Shown here: piece after piece, positions 10,594-20,090 of the stretch
Layout of the letters: every line of letters starts with the position of its first letter
How positions within the stretch are numbered: the stretch's first letter is position 1
Virus record (IMG/VR): IMGVR_UViG_3300032282_005553
Coordinates: 32,001 to 96,000 of that record
From: a virus
Length of the DNA: 64,000 bases
Direction: 5' to 3' (one strand)
Translations under genes and position numbers: made by a program
The notes under the pieces: generated by a model
What the model was told of the DNA's origin: nothing
What the model saw: only the letters and a program-made list of their open reading frames with translations
Databases searched by the model: none

Positions 10594-12422
10594 TAGAAAG
10601 AATCCGTATCCGAAGAGATTCTGCTGCAAATTGGGTAACATACAATCCTATACTAGCTACTGGTGAAGCTGGATACGAAACTACTACAAATAGACTTAAA
10701 ATAGGAAACGGGATTTCTACATGGTCAGCATTACCATACTTGGCAGGAGGCAGCGCAACAGTATTAAAATTTGGAAATGGTGGAGTTGATGATGCTTACA
10801 TTTGGTATTCGTCAGATAGACTCAACCTTATAGGTTCGGGTGGAACATCAATATACTTTGATCAATCAGCAAACAAAATTGTATTTTCTAGTCTTACCGG
10901 AGTTTCTACCACTCAATCGAGCGTCACTGGTGCGCTCGGATATACCCCGCAGCCTTCTGGTAATTATTCGGTCTCAGGTCATCAGCATAACATTTCTGAT
11001 ATTGTTAATTTACAGAATATTCTGGACAGCAAACAAACAACAGGTACATATGCTAACCTAACACATCAGCATCAAATAGTAGACATCAGTGGCCTACCTA
11101 ATGCTCTGAACAGCAAACAACCTAGTGGAAACTATTCTGTTTCTGGACATAATCATCCTTTATATATTTCTGATGGAATAAATAGAGTACTAACCTATAG
11201 TACCTCGGAAGAATTAAAAATAAGAGGTAGCGGCAATACCCAAGTATTATTTAACGATTCTACTAATACAATCACTATCGCTAGTGCTGGAGGCTCGGCT
11301 GGATCATTGGATCCGAACACGGTTGTTCTAACTACCGGAAATCAAAATATTAGTGGCACAAAAACTTTTGTTAATACTGGTATTTTTGAATCTGGATTAA
11401 TATCACTAAGAAATACAGCATTACAGATACAAAATACTTCAATTCCAACAACTCATTTTATTATTTTTACTGGTGACCCATCGGTCTCGCCAAAACAAAT
11501 CTATACTAGAACACCGACTCAGATCAAAACAGATTTAGATTTATCTAATCTAACTAATCATACACAAATCAAAAAAACTGATCAGACAACCATAGTGGGT
11601 AATATCCCGTTCTGGAATAGTATTAGTGGTGATCTGTTAGGCTCTGGATATGGAGTATCTTCTAATTTAATAAGTAATTCCGGAACAGGCTATTTGGTTA
11701 GAGCAGATACTGCTGTTTCTTATTTTGCATGGTCCGGGAGAAATATTTTTGCTGGTAGCGGATTATCTGGCGGAGGCGCACTGAATAACGATATAACAAT
11801 TAATATTGGAAAAGGAGATGGAATATCTGTTAATAATGATGTGATCTCTGTTGATAATACTGTGGTTCGCACAACCGGGGATCAAATTATAGATGGAATC
11901 AAAACATTTTCTACGGGTATCTTTTCTACAATTAGTGGCTCATTAGTCATATACAATACCGGAAATTTTATAGACGGACTATATATAAATAGTATCCCAG
12001 TTAGTTTATCTGGTCATGGACATTATATTAATGAAATTTCTGGACATCCAGTTACCGGTATAGGTGTTGCAAATTATATTGCAAAATGGATTGATGAGTC
12101 TGGAATCACTACAGGAATAATGTATGAATATAATAATCAGATAGGTATTAATATACAGCAGCCTTCGGGAGACTTCCATGTATCCGGTACTGCTATAGCT
12201 AATACCGGAATATTTTCTCAAATTATATTAACAAATGGGTCTCCATTTGATATTAATAAATATCCAGAAATTATTTTTAACAACGGAATCAAATTGATGG
12301 TTTTAGAAGATAAAATAAAGTTTGATGGTTTTGACCTATATAATGAACTATTAACTATTAATAAAAGTGGAATAAGTACACCAAATATTGACAATAGCCA
12401 AATTCATGGTGGATATTTCTAA
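10590..12422 (+). CDS. Tail fibre protein with Mtd_N/hyaluronidase-type N-terminal domain
   Basis: N-terminus RIRIRRDSAANWVTYNPILATGEAGYETTTNRLKIGNGISTWSALPY matches the major-tropism-determinant N-terminal pattern; four HxH repeats (GHQH, THQH, GHNH, GHGH); VRTTGxQxIxGxKTF fibre repeats; ATGA overlap with upstream stop. Confidence 0.8.
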   Translation: MIERIRIRRDSAANWVTYNPILATGEAGYETTTNRLKIGNGISTWSALPYLAGGSATVLKFGNGGVDDAYIWYSSDRLNLIGSGGTSIYFDQSANKIVFSSLTGVSTTQSSVTGALGYTPQPSGNYSVSGHQHNISDIVNLQNILDSKQTTGTYANLTHQHQIVDISGLPNALNSKQPSGNYSVSGHNHPLYISDGINRVLTYSTSEELKIRGSGNTQVLFNDSTNTITIASAGGSAGSLDPNTVVLTTGNQNISGTKTFVNTGIFESGLISLRNTALQIQNTSIPTTHFIIFTGDPSVSPKQIYTRTPTQIKTDLDLSNLTNHTQIKKTDQTTIVGNIPFWNSISGDLLGSGYGVSSNLISNSGTGYLVRADTAVSYFAWSGRNIFAGSGLSGGGALNNDITINIGKGDGISVNNDVISVDNTVVRTTGDQIIDGIKTFSTGIFSTISGSLVIYNTGNFIDGLYINSIPVSLSGHGHYINEISGHPVTGIGVANYIAKWIDESGITTGIMYEYNNQIGINIQQPSGDFHVSGTAIANTGIFSQIILTNGSPFDINKYPEIIFNNGIKLMVLEDKIKFDGFDLYNELLTINKSGISTPNIDNSQIHGGYF

Positions 12423-12467
12423 TAGTGTATTACTGTATATCACAAGACAACTATCTTAGGAGATAAA

Positions 12468-15400
12468 ATGAGCAATCAAATTCGCATTAAAAGACGTCTA
12501 AAAGGAAGTACAGAAACATCGCTACCTGATCTACTAACTGGAGAATTGGCTTATGACGAAGTTAAGGGCAAACTATATATAGGAGAAAGTGATGGATCAC
12601 TGGTTAATGCTAAAGAAATAGGTGGATCTGGATGGTTGCTTCCTCAGATTACTGGAATAACAAATAATATATATGTTCCTAAAAATGGAGACGGAGCGAA
12701 TGGAACATGGAATATTAGTGTAACAGGTAATGCTGGGTTTGTTACTAATGGAGTTTATACAACTGGAAATCAAAGTATAAGCGGCATTAAAACATTTTCT
12801 TCTGGACTTTTGGTTACTACTACAGGAATCTCCAATGGAGAAGGTTTTGATTTTGTAGGATCAAGTGGTAATGGCATTTATGTTCCTAGTGGAACAATAA
12901 GAACCAAGGACCTTTATGTTGATGGTTGGCTAACTGTTGGTACAAAATTAGATATTCTTTCTGCTGCAGAAATATTGTCTCGTGGTCCCATAGTATATAA
13001 AGCAGACAAATATATTTTTGAAAGTGGTATTGGTATATTTACTAATGGGTTATATGTTGGTCCAACAGGATCACCAACTGGTGTTTCACTAAGTGGACAT
13101 AAACACGACTATACAGACATAAGCAACTTTTGCACTGGCGTGGCCTCTTGCGTTAATACTTCTCTGAATGCCGGTAGTGGATTGGTTCTAAATTATTTAG
13201 AAGCCTCTGGTATATATTTAGATATTGGGCAAGGAGACGGTATCGTTGTATCTGATAATTATATTTCAGTAGATTCCACAATTGTTAGAACAAGTGGCGC
13301 TCAAAATATAAGTGGAGTTAAAACATTTTATAATGGTCCATTAACTGACCTTACTATCAAAACAAATACTAGTGGAACAGGTAATTTAGTATTTATGGAT
13401 GGAACTCATTATGGTTATTTTGGATGGGATGGCACCAATCATAGTTTGATTTTTGATAGTTCTATATCAAGTGGAAGTTTGGATATTAGAAAAACTCTTA
13501 AATATAAGGTTCCATCTACTGGGACAGTCGCAACAAGCATACCTGTATTTACTGGAGGAAATCCATCAGTTGTATCAGAAACTATAACATCCAGAAGCGT
13601 TAGTGATTTCAAATCAGACTTGAGTTTGAATAACGTATCAAATAATAATCAAATGATAGCATATGCTGGTAGAACATCTGGTTATGTTCCAACATGGAGT
13701 GGCACAGATGGTACAACACTTAACAGCGGTTATGCTGTAACGTCTAATCTTACTAATGATACTACGGCAGCCTATCTTGTTACTGCTAGCGGAGCAAAAT
13801 CTTATGTTGATGCTCAAGTAGGCGGAGCAACCTCTATAGTTAGAACAACTGGTAGCCAAAATATCAGCGGAGTTAAGACATTTTTTGATACTCCTACTTT
13901 TAATACTGGTATTTTATCATCTGGCACAAACACCCTACAGGTAGCATCAACGTCGTTAACTGCTACTCAATTTGTTGTATTTACTGAAGATCCATCTGCT
14001 TCTTCAAAAGCTATTTATACCAGAACTCCTTCTCAGGTTAGGAGCGACATAGGATTAGGAAACGTTACTAATCATGTTCAGATGAAACAATCTTCTGATA
14101 CCACGGTCGTCGGATATGTTCCAACTTGGAATAGTACAAGCGGAGATATACTTGGTAGCGGATATATGGTAACATCTAATCTTACCAATGATAATACAAG
14201 TATTTATCTTGTTACGGCAAGTGGAGCTAAGTCTTACGTTGATGCTCAAGTAGGAGGAGCGACCTCTATAGTCAGAACAACAGGAACTCAAGCTATCGGC
14301 GGAGTAAAAGTTTTTCAAAATATTGTAATTACAGGGAATGGAGGGAGTGCGAGTTCTCTTGTTTTTGATGATAATTTTACAACTGCGAGTGTAGATTCCC
14401 TATTTAATCCTCGTTTAGGAATAAGCACATATTTAGCTGCAGATAATACTCCTGCACCTAATACTGAATTAATAATAGGATATAATCCTAACGGATATAG
14501 TGAAACAACTAATACTAGACTATTTGCTGGCCAAAATGAAGTTGGAGCATTAAGTTTTGAGACTGCTAATGGAAAGGTTAGTAGATTAGTATTTGATATA
14601 CGAGCACCGTCTGCTAGCGCAAAAACAACTCTTAGAACTAAATCAAGTGCGGGAGATATTATAATAGATCTTCCCAACACCTCTGGAACATTAGCGCTAT
14701 TAGCAAATATAAATACCTCTCAAATTACTGGGACTTTACCAGTTAATAAGGGTGGTACAAATATAACTTCTTATAGTAATGGTCAGTTATTAATTGGTAG
14801 TGGAACAAGTCTTGCTGCTAATACTCTTACTCAAGGAGATGGTACTACCATTACTAATGGTTCTGGCACTATCGGTATTGCCGTTAATAATACCGTAGTT
14901 AGAACAACAGGAAATCAAGATATTGTTGGCGCAAAACAATTTTATGAATCATCAAATAGTCAAGTTATATTTGGTACAGCTGATGATAAAATTAGAGTTA
15001 AAGCTCCCAATACAGATAATCAAACATATTATTTTGTTGGGCTTGACGGAGGCGGTTCTCCGCCTAGTTCTAACTCGGCAGATAGATCTTTAGTTTCACG
15101 ATCAGCGTCTCAAGTTAAAACTGATCTTAGTTTGAACAATGTTACTAATCATGTTCAGATGAAACAATCTTCTGATACCACGGTCGTCGGATATGTTCCA
15201 ACTTGGAATAGTACAAGCGGAGAGCTATTAGCTTCTGGATATGCTGTGTCCACAAATTTATCAACAAATAGCGGATCATCGTATATTCCTAGAGCTGATG
15301 CTTTAGTTTCTTATGTCAATTCTGCTATTAATAATGGTATAGCAACTAATGACGCTATGATTTTCAAAACAACATTAGATTGTTCAGCTAATCCTAATTA

Positions 15401-16709
15401 TCCGGCTGCAGATAGAGGTTGGGTATATAAAATTAGTGTTGCTGGTAAGATTGGTGGAGCTTCTGGACCAGTAGTAGAAGTTAATGATACAATAATTTGC
15501 GGAAATGATAGTACGCCTTCTGGTGATCATGCTACTGTTGGTAGTAATTGGCATATTTTACAAACTAATATTGTTGACTCTAGTATTCTTGTTACTGGTC
15601 CATCTACTGCCACTAGCGGAAACATAGCCTTGTTTAATGGAACTACAGGCAAAGCAATTACTGGAAGTATTATATTTCAAAGTGGAAACAATATTGGAAT
15701 TGGCAATAATTCAGCAAATGGATATGATGGATCATTATCTGTTGGTACTGGTAATTTTACTACAGTTCTTACCGTAGGAACAACAGGAGTAAGCTTAAGT
15801 GGACATACTCATACTGTCTCGAATATTAGTGATTTTGGAAGAGGAGTGAGTGGACTCATTGTTGGATCTGGAAATTATCTAACAAGATTTAACGCTTCAA
15901 ATTCTGGAATTACAAATAGCATAATTTATCAAAGCGGAGATAATATAGGTATTGGTACAGAAAATCCTGATCAATGCCTAACTGTTAATGGGACTTTCAG
16001 ATCAAGTGAGATTTTAACAAAAAGTCTTACTATTAGCGATTTATATGGGGCTAATCCTAGTTTAGACATTGATGTCTATAGCACAAATAATCATAGATTA
16101 TTAATTGATCATAGTAATGGAGTGATAAATTTATATGATACACTGGGTCTGATCGGACCTAATAACTCAGTTTATATAGGACCAAATGCTGGATCAAAGA
16201 TTCCAGCATCAAAACTTGATGTTAGTGGGATTATTACGGCGACTAGCGGAAACAGTAATCAGTGGAATATGGCATATGGCTGGGGTAACCATGCTTCCGG
16301 TGGATATGCTCAAAACTCATCTGTGGTAAAAACAACAGGAAATCAGACTACAAGTGGTATTAAAACATTTATAGATGTACCAGTATTTAGTGGTGGTATT
16401 AGTATAACATCCGCTAGTACGCCAACAGTATCCTGGATAGCGTGTTTTGATGGGGCGGATCCGACAGGTACTGCGGTACCTATACAAAGAATAAGTGTTG
16501 CTGATTTTAAAAACGATATTGGATTAGTATCTAGTAATATAACAACTCCTAGTGGAAATAGTCTCAGTCATCTGAATCTATTAACAGACTCTTTTGCCGA
16601 TAATGGAGCTGGCTCGGCCTGTCAAATTTTACAAAAAAATGCTTCAAATACTGCTTATGAATTTACTAGCAGCTTATGTAATATAACTATAGATTGTGGA
16701 ACATTTTAA
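12468..16709 (+). CDS. Long tail fibre protein with internal repeats
   Basis: AGGAG RBS; N-terminal IRIKRR...GELAY...KLYIG (Mtd_N-like); six V(R/K/Y)T(T/S)GxQxxxGxKxF repeats; HxH motifs; C-terminal IDCGTF. Confidence 0.8.
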   Translation: MSNQIRIKRRLKGSTETSLPDLLTGELAYDEVKGKLYIGESDGSLVNAKEIGGSGWLLPQITGITNNIYVPKNGDGANGTWNISVTGNAGFVTNGVYTTGNQSISGIKTFSSGLLVTTTGISNGEGFDFVGSSGNGIYVPSGTIRTKDLYVDGWLTVGTKLDILSAAEILSRGPIVYKADKYIFESGIGIFTNGLYVGPTGSPTGVSLSGHKHDYTDISNFCTGVASCVNTSLNAGSGLVLNYLEASGIYLDIGQGDGIVVSDNYISVDSTIVRTSGAQNISGVKTFYNGPLTDLTIKTNTSGTGNLVFMDGTHYGYFGWDGTNHSLIFDSSISSGSLDIRKTLKYKVPSTGTVATSIPVFTGGNPSVVSETITSRSVSDFKSDLSLNNVSNNNQMIAYAGRTSGYVPTWSGTDGTTLNSGYAVTSNLTNDTTAAYLVTASGAKSYVDAQVGGATSIVRTTGSQNISGVKTFFDTPTFNTGILSSGTNTLQVASTSLTATQFVVFTEDPSASSKAIYTRTPSQVRSDIGLGNVTNHVQMKQSSDTTVVGYVPTWNSTSGDILGSGYMVTSNLTNDNTSIYLVTASGAKSYVDAQVGGATSIVRTTGTQAIGGVKVFQNIVITGNGGSASSLVFDDNFTTASVDSLFNPRLGISTYLAADNTPAPNTELIIGYNPNGYSETTNTRLFAGQNEVGALSFETANGKVSRLVFDIRAPSASAKTTLRTKSSAGDIIIDLPNTSGTLALLANINTSQITGTLPVNKGGTNITSYSNGQLLIGSGTSLAANTLTQGDGTTITNGSGTIGIAVNNTVVRTTGNQDIVGAKQFYESSNSQVIFGTADDKIRVKAPNTDNQTYYFVGLDGGGSPPSSNSADRSLVSRSASQVKTDLSLNNVTNHVQMKQSSDTTVVGYVPTWNSTSGELLASGYAVSTNLSTNSGSSYIPRADALVSYVNSAINNGIATNDAMIFKTTLDCSANPNYPAADRGWVYKISVAGKIGGASGPVVEVNDTIICGNDSTPSGDHATVGSNWHILQTNIVDSSILVTGPSTATSGNIALFNGTTGKAITGSIIFQSGNNIGIGNNSANGYDGSLSVGTGNFTTVLTVGTTGVSLSGHTHTVSNISDFGRGVSGLIVGSGNYLTRFNASNSGITNSIIYQSGDNIGIGTENPDQCLTVNGTFRSSEILTKSLTISDLYGANPSLDIDVYSTNNHRLLIDHSNGVINLYDTLGLIGPNNSVYIGPNAGSKIPASKLDVSGIITATSGNSNQWNMAYGWGNHASGGYAQNSSVVKTTGNQTTSGIKTFIDVPVFSGGISITSASTPTVSWIACFDGADPTGTAVPIQRISVADFKNDIGLVSSNITTPSGNSLSHLNLLTDSFADNGAGSACQILQKNASNTAYEFTSSLCNITIDCGTF
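14064..14146 (+). repeat. 83-bp perfect direct repeat, copy 1 (copy 2 at 15141-15223)
   Basis: gttactaatcatgttcagatgaaacaatcttctgataccacggtcgtcggatatgttccaacttggaatagtacaagcggaga occurs identically twice in the fibre gene. Confidence 0.9.
15141..15223 (+). repeat. 83-bp perfect direct repeat, copy 2 (copy 1 at 14064-14146)
   Basis: Base-by-base comparison by eye. Confidence 0.9.
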
Positions 16710-17248
16710 TGACTAATCCATTTAGCACACTAATGACCGATCCGTCACTTAAAACTACATTTAATAATGCTATAGATTCATTATTAGAACAAAACTCATT
16801 ATCATTACCATGTAAATTAATATATGCAAATACCAATCCAATGACTTGCAATAATTGTTTATTTGATCATATCTCCAATCGATCCCTAAATCAGTACAAC
16901 GGAACAGGTCCGGTACCATTTCCCGATATGAGCATATGTCCAGTATGTAATGGAGAAGGTTTTAGTATTGATAACAAGGAAGAAATAATTTACCTTGGCG
17001 TAATATTTAATAGTAAATATTGGTTTAACTGGAATTCTAGAAGCATGGATACCGTAAGAATTCCAGACGGTAGTGTTCAAACCATATGCAAATCAGAACT
17101 ATTGCCAAAAATACGTTCGGCAGATAAAATTCAAATAGACATTACTCAAGAAAGATATGGCTCATATTTTTATACAAGAGCTAATGATCCAGAATTAGCT
17201 GGATTTGGAGACACAAGATACATTTTTACCACATGGTTTAGAGTATGA
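16709..17248 (+). CDS. Putative head-closure/neck protein with Zn-finger insert
   Basis: Start reassigned to the ATG overlapping the upstream stop (TAATG at 16707-16711); CNNC...CPVCNGEG motif; first of three small genes before the tube gene, as in head-tail joining modules. Confidence 0.55.
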   Translation: MTNPFSTLMTDPSLKTTFNNAIDSLLEQNSLSLPCKLIYANTNPMTCNNCLFDHISNRSLNQYNGTGPVPFPDMSICPVCNGEGFSIDNKEEIIYLGVIFNSKYWFNWNSRSMDTVRIPDGSVQTICKSELLPKIRSADKIQIDITQERYGSYFYTRANDPELAGFGDTRYIFTTWFRV

Positions 17249-17889
17249 ATTTATCAGTAAAACTACTAGAGTCTGATTCTGTGATCAGAACAAAAATTCT
17301 TGACGCAATAAAATCTGTAATGGATGATGCGATGAGGAAAGCTTTATACAGAATTAAGCCAAGACTACAGGACGAGGTTAGACAAGCACTAATGAGTGAA
17401 CCAGAATATCTATCACTAGTATCTGGACAATTAAAGTCTGAACTTGGTATTCCTACAAAAGATAAAATTGACAATATTATTAGTTTATGGACATCCAATG
17501 TTTCTATGAATTACACTGGGATATCCACCAATGCTAGGGGCTTATCTGGATCATTAAGACTTGAAATGATTAGATCATCTTTTGATGACGTTTTAAAAGA
17601 CGACAGCTCCGTTGTTGTTGACGGAGTATCTGGTGTTGTTATTCCATGGCTCGAATGGCTATTATTATATGGAGGAAAAATAATTATTAGAAATTATAGA
17701 GTTGTATTTGGTCCGTACAGCACATCTCGCACAGGTATGGCTATCATGGTAGAATCTCCCGGAGACAATTGGAGAGTTCCACCAGAGTTTGCAGGAACAA
17801 TATCCAATAATTGGGTAACTAGAGCATTGGATAAAATTAATAATCAAATTACAACTATTCTACAAGATGAACTGGAGAGATCACTATGA
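17245..17889 (+). CDS. Putative neck/tail-completion protein
   Basis: Size, position, N- and C-terminal helices and IPWLEWLL...NNWVTRAL motif fit the neck (HK97 gp10-like) slot; inferred from synteny. Confidence 0.5.
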   Translation: MNLSVKLLESDSVIRTKILDAIKSVMDDAMRKALYRIKPRLQDEVRQALMSEPEYLSLVSGQLKSELGIPTKDKIDNIISLWTSNVSMNYTGISTNARGLSGSLRLEMIRSSFDDVLKDDSSVVVDGVSGVVIPWLEWLLLYGGKIIIRNYRVVFGPYSTSRTGMAIMVESPGDNWRVPPEFAGTISNNWVTRALDKINNQITTILQDELERSL

Positions 17890-18845
17890 GTTGTCCAGTA
17901 TATACTAAATTTAATAATGTTGATAGTTTAGGCAATAAATTAGTATTAGAACAAATTGAAGATAATTTAAAAAGTTTTTTAGATTGGGGATTACTTAATA
18001 TAGGCGGATTTGTAAATGTAAACATACCAACAACAGGAATAGCGGCCAATTTCGTACATCAGCTCAAACAATCTAATGATCCTGGTTTTGCAAATGGTAA
18101 AGTGTGGCAAACAACTAGAAAAGATTGGGTATGGGAGACTGGAGTAGAGTATAATAATTATAGTCCTAATATAATATCTGGAATTTACATCAATAATATA
18201 TTTTCTCCAGCGCCAACAGGAAGCGGCTCGTACGGGTATTATATAGATTACCCTAATGGTAGGGTAGTATTTAATAATGCGTTCTCTAATGCTAATATGT
18301 CGATGTCCTATAGCTATAGATGGTGTCAGGTGCATAAATCTAGTTCTTCTCCTTGGTGGGTCGAATTACAAGGAGACTTAACATCTCCTAATCCACAATT
18401 TGCTCAAAAAGATAAGGGAAACTTTAATATTCCGGCTAAACACAGAATACAAATGCCATGCATTGTTATAGAACCCACATCAAGAAGTGAACTTATACCA
18501 TGGCAATTAGGTGCTACTAATTTTATGGTTAATCAAGATTTTCTGTTACATATTTTTACAGAAAGAGCACACGATAAAAATAAATTGGTCGATATTATAA
18601 GATTGCAAAAAGAAAAAACCATTATATTGTATGATTCCACAAAATTGATTTCTAGTGGAATTTATGGCATAAATGCTAATGGCTCTAAGAATATTAATGG
18701 CAAAATTTATCCAGATATAGTGTCTGATACTAATTTTATATGGAAAAGATGCTTTTTTAAAGATACGGCTGTAATGGATATGGAAACAGCAAATAACACA
18801 TTATTTTGGTGTACAATTAGATTAACGACCGAAACACTACTTTAA
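17886..18845 (+). CDS. Putative tail terminator/tail completion protein
   Basis: Immediately upstream of the tube gene; MPCIVIE...DFLLHIF pattern resembles tail-terminator folds; IDYPNGRVVF beta-hairpin common in virion proteins. Confidence 0.5.
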   Translation: MSCPVYTKFNNVDSLGNKLVLEQIEDNLKSFLDWGLLNIGGFVNVNIPTTGIAANFVHQLKQSNDPGFANGKVWQTTRKDWVWETGVEYNNYSPNIISGIYINNIFSPAPTGSGSYGYYIDYPNGRVVFNNAFSNANMSMSYSYRWCQVHKSSSSPWWVELQGDLTSPNPQFAQKDKGNFNIPAKHRIQMPCIVIEPTSRSELIPWQLGATNFMVNQDFLLHIFTERAHDKNKLVDIIRLQKEKTIILYDSTKLISSGIYGINANGSKNINGKIYPDIVSDTNFIWKRCFFKDTAVMDMETANNTLFWCTIRLTTETLL

Positions 18846-18873
18846 TTCAAAAACACAATCAGTGGAGATTACC

Positions 18874-19845
18874 ATGGCAAGCAATCGTGTATTTTATGCT
18901 GTTCAATCAGTCGGCCTAGCAGATCCAGTTGAAAAAACAAGTCCTGAAACAATAGCTTCAGAAAGCTACGACATTATGCAGGGTGTTCAGAGTGTTGGTC
19001 TAAATACTAATTTTAATCTTGAGCCTGTTTATCAATTAGGTCAACTAGAACTATATGATAACTATGAAGAAGTTCCAGAAGTTGAAATTACTCTTAATAA
19101 AGTACTAGATGGCGAAACAACACTATATCAAAAATGTATGGGAGAGGGTAAACTAGTAGAACTTGCCAATAAAATTACTGCTTTCCAGCTTAATATATAC
19201 GAAGATACTAACTCAAAAGCATCAGGAACAGGTGCTGCTGTCACTTGCAATCCTGCATATTTGAGTTCTGTAACTTATACATTCCCAACAGAAGGTAACT
19301 CCACAGAAGAAGTTACTCTTGTTAGTAATGATAAGGTCTGGGCAGTTGCTACCAGTAATAATGCTCCATCAGTAGAAACTACAAGTGGTATTGTTCGTCG
19401 TCAATTAGTTAAGATCACCGGAGTTGATGCTTCAACTATTCCTTCCGGAGAGGGTGGAGGACTTCCTGATGATAGTAGTATTACAAATATCACAATCAGT
19501 ATGAACCTTGGTCGTGAACAGATTCGTACTCTTGGAAGAAGAACTCCTTCTTATCGCTACATTAATTTCCCCGTAGAAATTACAACAGAATTTCAAGTTG
19601 TTGCCCTTAAAGATGGAGATCAAGTTGGTGTAACAAACACCAATGCTGTTTGCTCAAATCCAAAAGCTCTTACAAATAAATCTATTAAGATTGTATTATG
19701 TGATGGTATGACTATTGATCTTGGAAGTAAGAATAAATTAAGAAGCGTTAACTATACCGGAGGTGATACCGGTGGTGGAAATGCTACTATGAGCTACAGT
19801 TATGTAACATATAATGACTTTGATTTTACTGGTCCTAGTTCTTGA
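18874..19845 (+). CDS. Putative major tail (tube) protein
   Basis: GGAG RBS then ATG at 18874 (better than GTG 18862); duplicated tube-like pattern (GVQSVGLNTNFNLEPVYQLG / ITNITISMNLGREQIRTLG); followed by a terminator; between neck genes and chaperones/TMP. Confidence 0.7.
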   Translation: MASNRVFYAVQSVGLADPVEKTSPETIASESYDIMQGVQSVGLNTNFNLEPVYQLGQLELYDNYEEVPEVEITLNKVLDGETTLYQKCMGEGKLVELANKITAFQLNIYEDTNSKASGTGAAVTCNPAYLSSVTYTFPTEGNSTEEVTLVSNDKVWAVATSNNAPSVETTSGIVRRQLVKITGVDASTIPSGEGGGLPDDSSITNITISMNLGREQIRTLGRRTPSYRYINFPVEITTEFQVVALKDGDQVGVTNTNAVCSNPKALTNKSIKIVLCDGMTIDLGSKNKLRSVNYTGGDTGGGNATMSYSYVTYNDFDFTGPSS

Positions 19846-19883
19846 TAATATAAGCTAAGATTTATCAAGATTGATAATTATAG

Positions 19884-19924
19884 TAAGGGCGCTACTTGAC
19901 AAAGGTGGCGCCCTTATTATTTAT
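19884..19924 (+). terminator. Rho-independent terminator after tail tube gene
   Basis: Inverted repeat taagggcgctac / gtggcgccctta followed by ttattttat. Confidence 0.75.
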
Positions 19925-19965
19925 ATGTAGGATTATAAAAAATTATAACTTTAAAAGGATAAAAA

Positions 19966-20085
19966 ATGGATGAATTATTTGTGATGATAGGAAAGCTTTA
20001 TTATGATCTCGTTAGATCGCAGGCTGTTATTGATAGTTTAAAGAAACAATTAGAAGATGCTAATAAGTCTAACGACTACAATTAA
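19966..20085 (+). CDS. Small hypothetical protein (39 aa, MDELFVMIGKLYYDLVRSQAVIDSLKKQLEDANKSNDYN), below ORF-track cutoff
   Basis: AAGGA RBS upstream of ATG 19966, TAA at 20083-20085, fills the intergenic gap, amphipathic/coiled-coil pattern. Confidence 0.7.
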   Translation: MDELFVMIGKLYYDLVRSQAVIDSLKKQLEDANKSNDYN

Positions 20086-20090
20086 AGAAT

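Noticed and set aside
10590-16709. Diversity-generating retroelement suggested by Mtd_N-like fibres and repeats
   Set aside because: No reverse transcriptase in the window; the 83-bp repeat is identical and in-frame rather than differing at adenines; no C-terminal variable region seen.
19896-19925. TTGACA as a sigma70 -35 box
   Set aside because: It lies in the terminator loop and has no good -10 hexamer at 16-18 nt spacing.
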